Shown here: positions 43,801 through 44,875 of the stretch, one piece after another
Layout: every line of letters starts with the position of its first letter
How positions within the stretch are numbered: the first letter of the stretch is position 1
NCBI GenBank assembly: GCA_041308645.1
Contig: JBFZBC010000005.1
Coordinates: forward strand, 1 to 44,875
Direction: 5' to 3'
Origin: a bacterium
GTDB lineage: Bacteria; Patescibacteriota; Minisyncoccia; Phycocordibacterales; GWA1-40-21
DNA length: 44,875 nucleotides
Translations under genes and position numbers: made by a program
The notes under the pieces: model-generated
Database searches by the model: none
What the model was told of the DNA's origin: nothing
The model's input: only the letters and a program-made list of their open reading frames with translations

Positions 43801-44541
43801 GTTAGTAAAATTGATGGCGTTGTTACTTCCGTAAAAGATATGGGTAAGGAAAAAATAATTACTGTTTTGCCAGAAATTGAGGAGAAGAGTAAGACTTCCT
43901 CGACAAAGCTCGGAACAAGCAAGAAATCTGCTGAGGTGGAATATGAATTTAGTTCCCGCCGTATTTCTTTTGTGAAAGTCGGTGATAAAGTAAAGAAAGG
44001 GCAACTTCTAACAGATGGTTCTGCTGATATTGATGAACTCTTCAGGTATGGTGGTAAAGAAAAAACAATGAATTATGTTATTACTGAAGTTAACAAACTT
44101 TATGAACTTCAAGGAGAGGCGGTTTCAAGAAAACATATTGAAATAATCGTAAAGCAGATGTTCTCAAGAATGAAAGTAAAAAATCCTGGTGACACTTCTG
44201 TCTCAGAGGGTGATGTGATTGATGAATTAGATTATCGTTTAGAAAATGAAGAGGCTGAAGCTAAAAGTGGATTACCAATGAAAGCTGATCCTGTAGTTAT
44301 GGGTATTACGGAAGCTTCTCTTGCCAGAAGATCATTCTTGTCAGCTGCTTCTTTCCAACACACTAATCGTGTATTAATAAACAATGCTGTTCGTGGATCA
44401 GTTGATAGGCTCGTTGGTCTAAAGGAAAATGTTATTATTGGTAGACTTATTCCAGCTGGTACTGGTCATCCAGATTCTCCTAAATTTAAAATGGTAGAAG
44501 AGTTTATGAAAGAGCTAAATGCTGAAAGAGGGGAAGAGTAG
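40840..44541 (+). CDS. rpoC: DNA-directed RNA polymerase subunit beta'
   Basis: 1233 aa. Zn-binding CxC...CxxC N-terminus and catalytic NADFDGDQM. Confidence 0.97.
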   Translation: MNTKNKNVEFNDFDAISLRVASPEVIKGWSYGEVTRPETINYRTQRSEKSGLFDEKIFGPDKDYECYCGKYKGIRYKGIICEKCGVEITRSIVRRERMGHIELASPVSHIWFLRGIPSKIGTILGMTTADLEKVIYFAGYIIKVTHESEREKILKDIDNEFKQKIKTVQDEKTKEALKELLINAKKEVESIREGVVVDEVLYHKYSMKYGSLFEASIGAEAIFSILKNLKLADLEKKIEQQLEKAGSLEREKLNKRISLVRSMKEAGVKPEWMFLTRVPVIPPALRPMVPLDGGRYATSDVNDLYRRVINRNNRLLKLKEINAPEVILRNEKRILQEAVDSLIDNSIRSGNDAFSAVGNSQKRALKSLADNLKGKRGLFRANLLGKRVDYSGRSVIVVGPELKLNQCGLPKMMALELFRPFIISELLKKELAFNIRGAGRLIDDGIPEVWSILEEIIENKYVLLNRAPTLHRLGIQAFKPVLIEGSAIQVHPLVCTAFNADFDGDQMAVHVPLGEEAQIEAHEIIAADKNILKPGNGELTVASKLLDIILGCYWMTKEMKGEIGEGKYFSSPNSAITTYDFGGISIRAKIHVLGTDKPKYQQFEGKPFETTVGRLLFNSTLPSDYLFINKEITKKTMAVILDDLINKYGITNIPKVLDKIKTFGFKYATCSGVTWGMDDLTIPVEKPAVIAEAKRKSFEVLNYFNEGLLTEEEKLRRNIEIWHGAKNDLEKLIPKTLDPNGSVSDMWMSGARGSLGAVNQMSGMKGLIQNTAGETIEFPVIGSMKEGLTPIEYFITTHGSRKGLTDTALNTAKAGYLTRRLFDVAQDIVITEDDCKTKESIYIKNNGEFEAGVSVAKHIRGRILASDVVDKEGKILFKKGHLLKKDESQQVEIAGVGEVYVRSPLTCKTIHGVCAQCYGSDLGRGELIGLGEAVGTVAAQAIGEPGTQLTMRTFHSGGAASVGGDITQGLPRVEEVFEKRKPKSPAVVSKIDGVVTSVKDMGKEKIITVLPEIEEKSKTSSTKLGTSKKSAEVEYEFSSRRISFVKVGDKVKKGQLLTDGSADIDELFRYGGKEKTMNYVITEVNKLYELQGEAVSRKHIEIIVKQMFSRMKVKNPGDTSVSEGDVIDELDYRLENEEAEAKSGLPMKADPVVMGITEASLARRSFLSAASFQHTNRVLINNAVRGSVDRLVGLKENVIIGRLIPAGTGHPDSPKFKMVEEFMKELNAERGEE

Positions 44542-44590
44542 ACCACCTCGGTTTTCCTTAGTTCGTTTATTAGTTTAATCAAAAAAACGA

Positions 44591-44875
44591 ATGAAAAATA
44601 ATTCACCCGAAAAAATTTTGACCGATGGAAAATCAGAGATTTTCCAGGTACCAGTAAAAAAAACTGGTACGTCGGTCAAAACTTTAACGGGTAAAAAAGG
44701 TTTCGTCGTCCCGCTTATAATCGCCATTGTTGCTATTATAGCGATTGGTGGTGAGTATTACATAATGAAGTCTAAAGGTCCATGTGCTTATCTTCATACT
44801 GGTTACAGAAATACCGAAACTGGATTATGTGAAGATTTTGGTAGCTGTGACAGAATACCAGTAAAGTATGTCAAA
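44591..44875 (+). CDS. hypothetical membrane-anchored protein, N-terminal fragment (runs off the window end)
   Basis: The ATG at 44591 opens MKNNSPEKILTDGKSEIFQVPVKKTGTSVKTLTGKKGFVVPLIIAIVAIIAIGG..., with one TM helix then a Cys-containing segment. The first ~33 codons overlap the structured repeat, so the start is uncertain. Confidence 0.4.
   Translation, partial: MKNNSPEKILTDGKSEIFQVPVKKTGTSVKTLTGKKGFVVPLIIAIVAIIAIGGEYYIMKSKGPCAYLHTGYRNTETGLCEDFGSCDRIPVKYVK
44607..44690. repeat. 84-nt three-stem structured element, copy 2 (downstream of rpoC)
   Basis: P1 is 44607-44624 paired with 44673-44690. P2 (44627-44645) is identical to copy 1. P3 is gtaccagt-aaaaaaa-actggtac (44648-44670). Confidence 0.6.

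Noticed and set aside
43501-44004. 167-aa minus-strand ORF (and a nested 60-aa ORF at 43740-43922)
   Set aside because: It lies antisense inside rpoC, whose frame is unambiguous.

Overview
This is an AT-rich chromosomal window. My hand counts of sampled 60-nt lines give about 20-35% GC for most genes. Genes are tightly packed on both strands. The content is mostly housekeeping: trxB, ftsA-ftsZ, rpsU-ybeY, rpmG, miaA, parB, a small Rel/SpoT protein, topA, dprA, serS, an FtsQ-like protein, a divergent HisRS-like protein, lepB, pth, thrS, dnaE, csp and rpoB-rpoC, plus five tRNAs (Glu, Ser, Val, Trp, Leu). The gene set and style (sortase plus type IV pilin, DprA, very little biosynthesis, many genes with no Shine-Dalgarno sequence) fit a reduced-genome CPR/Patescibacteria-like bacterium; that placement is inference only. 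No rRNA genes, CRISPR array or recognisable transposase/integrase are visible. Several accessory patches sit among the core genes. (1) 19.5-25.3 kb is a cell-surface block: a sortase, two proteins sharing Cys-bracketed PKD-like modules (one with an IPYTG sorting signal), an OMP-like beta-barrel ORF and a pilin-DUF1566 fusion. The last two are clearly more GC-rich than their surroundings. (2) 30.5-35.0 kb holds a 526-bp cassette with about 40-nt inverted termini, each containing the same perfect 24-nt GC-rich palindrome, carrying one Cas2-fold/PaaX-C-like ORF. It is followed by a Pif1-family helicase, a self-contained two-gene operon of paralogous small proteins, a small helical protein and a DUF2914-like membrane protein. 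(3) 35.2-36.7 kb holds a SWIB-domain protein and a GC-rich meso-diaminopimelate dehydrogenase. The most unusual non-coding signals are listed next. An 84-nt three-stem element occurs twice, in the csp 5' UTR and downstream of rpoC, with covarying stems and an apparent flip of core versus arms. Decayed 5'-half copies of tRNA-Glu and tRNA-Leu lie upstream of the intact genes. Several long hairpin or inverted-repeat elements are also present. All functional calls come from motif recognition by eye; no database search was run.
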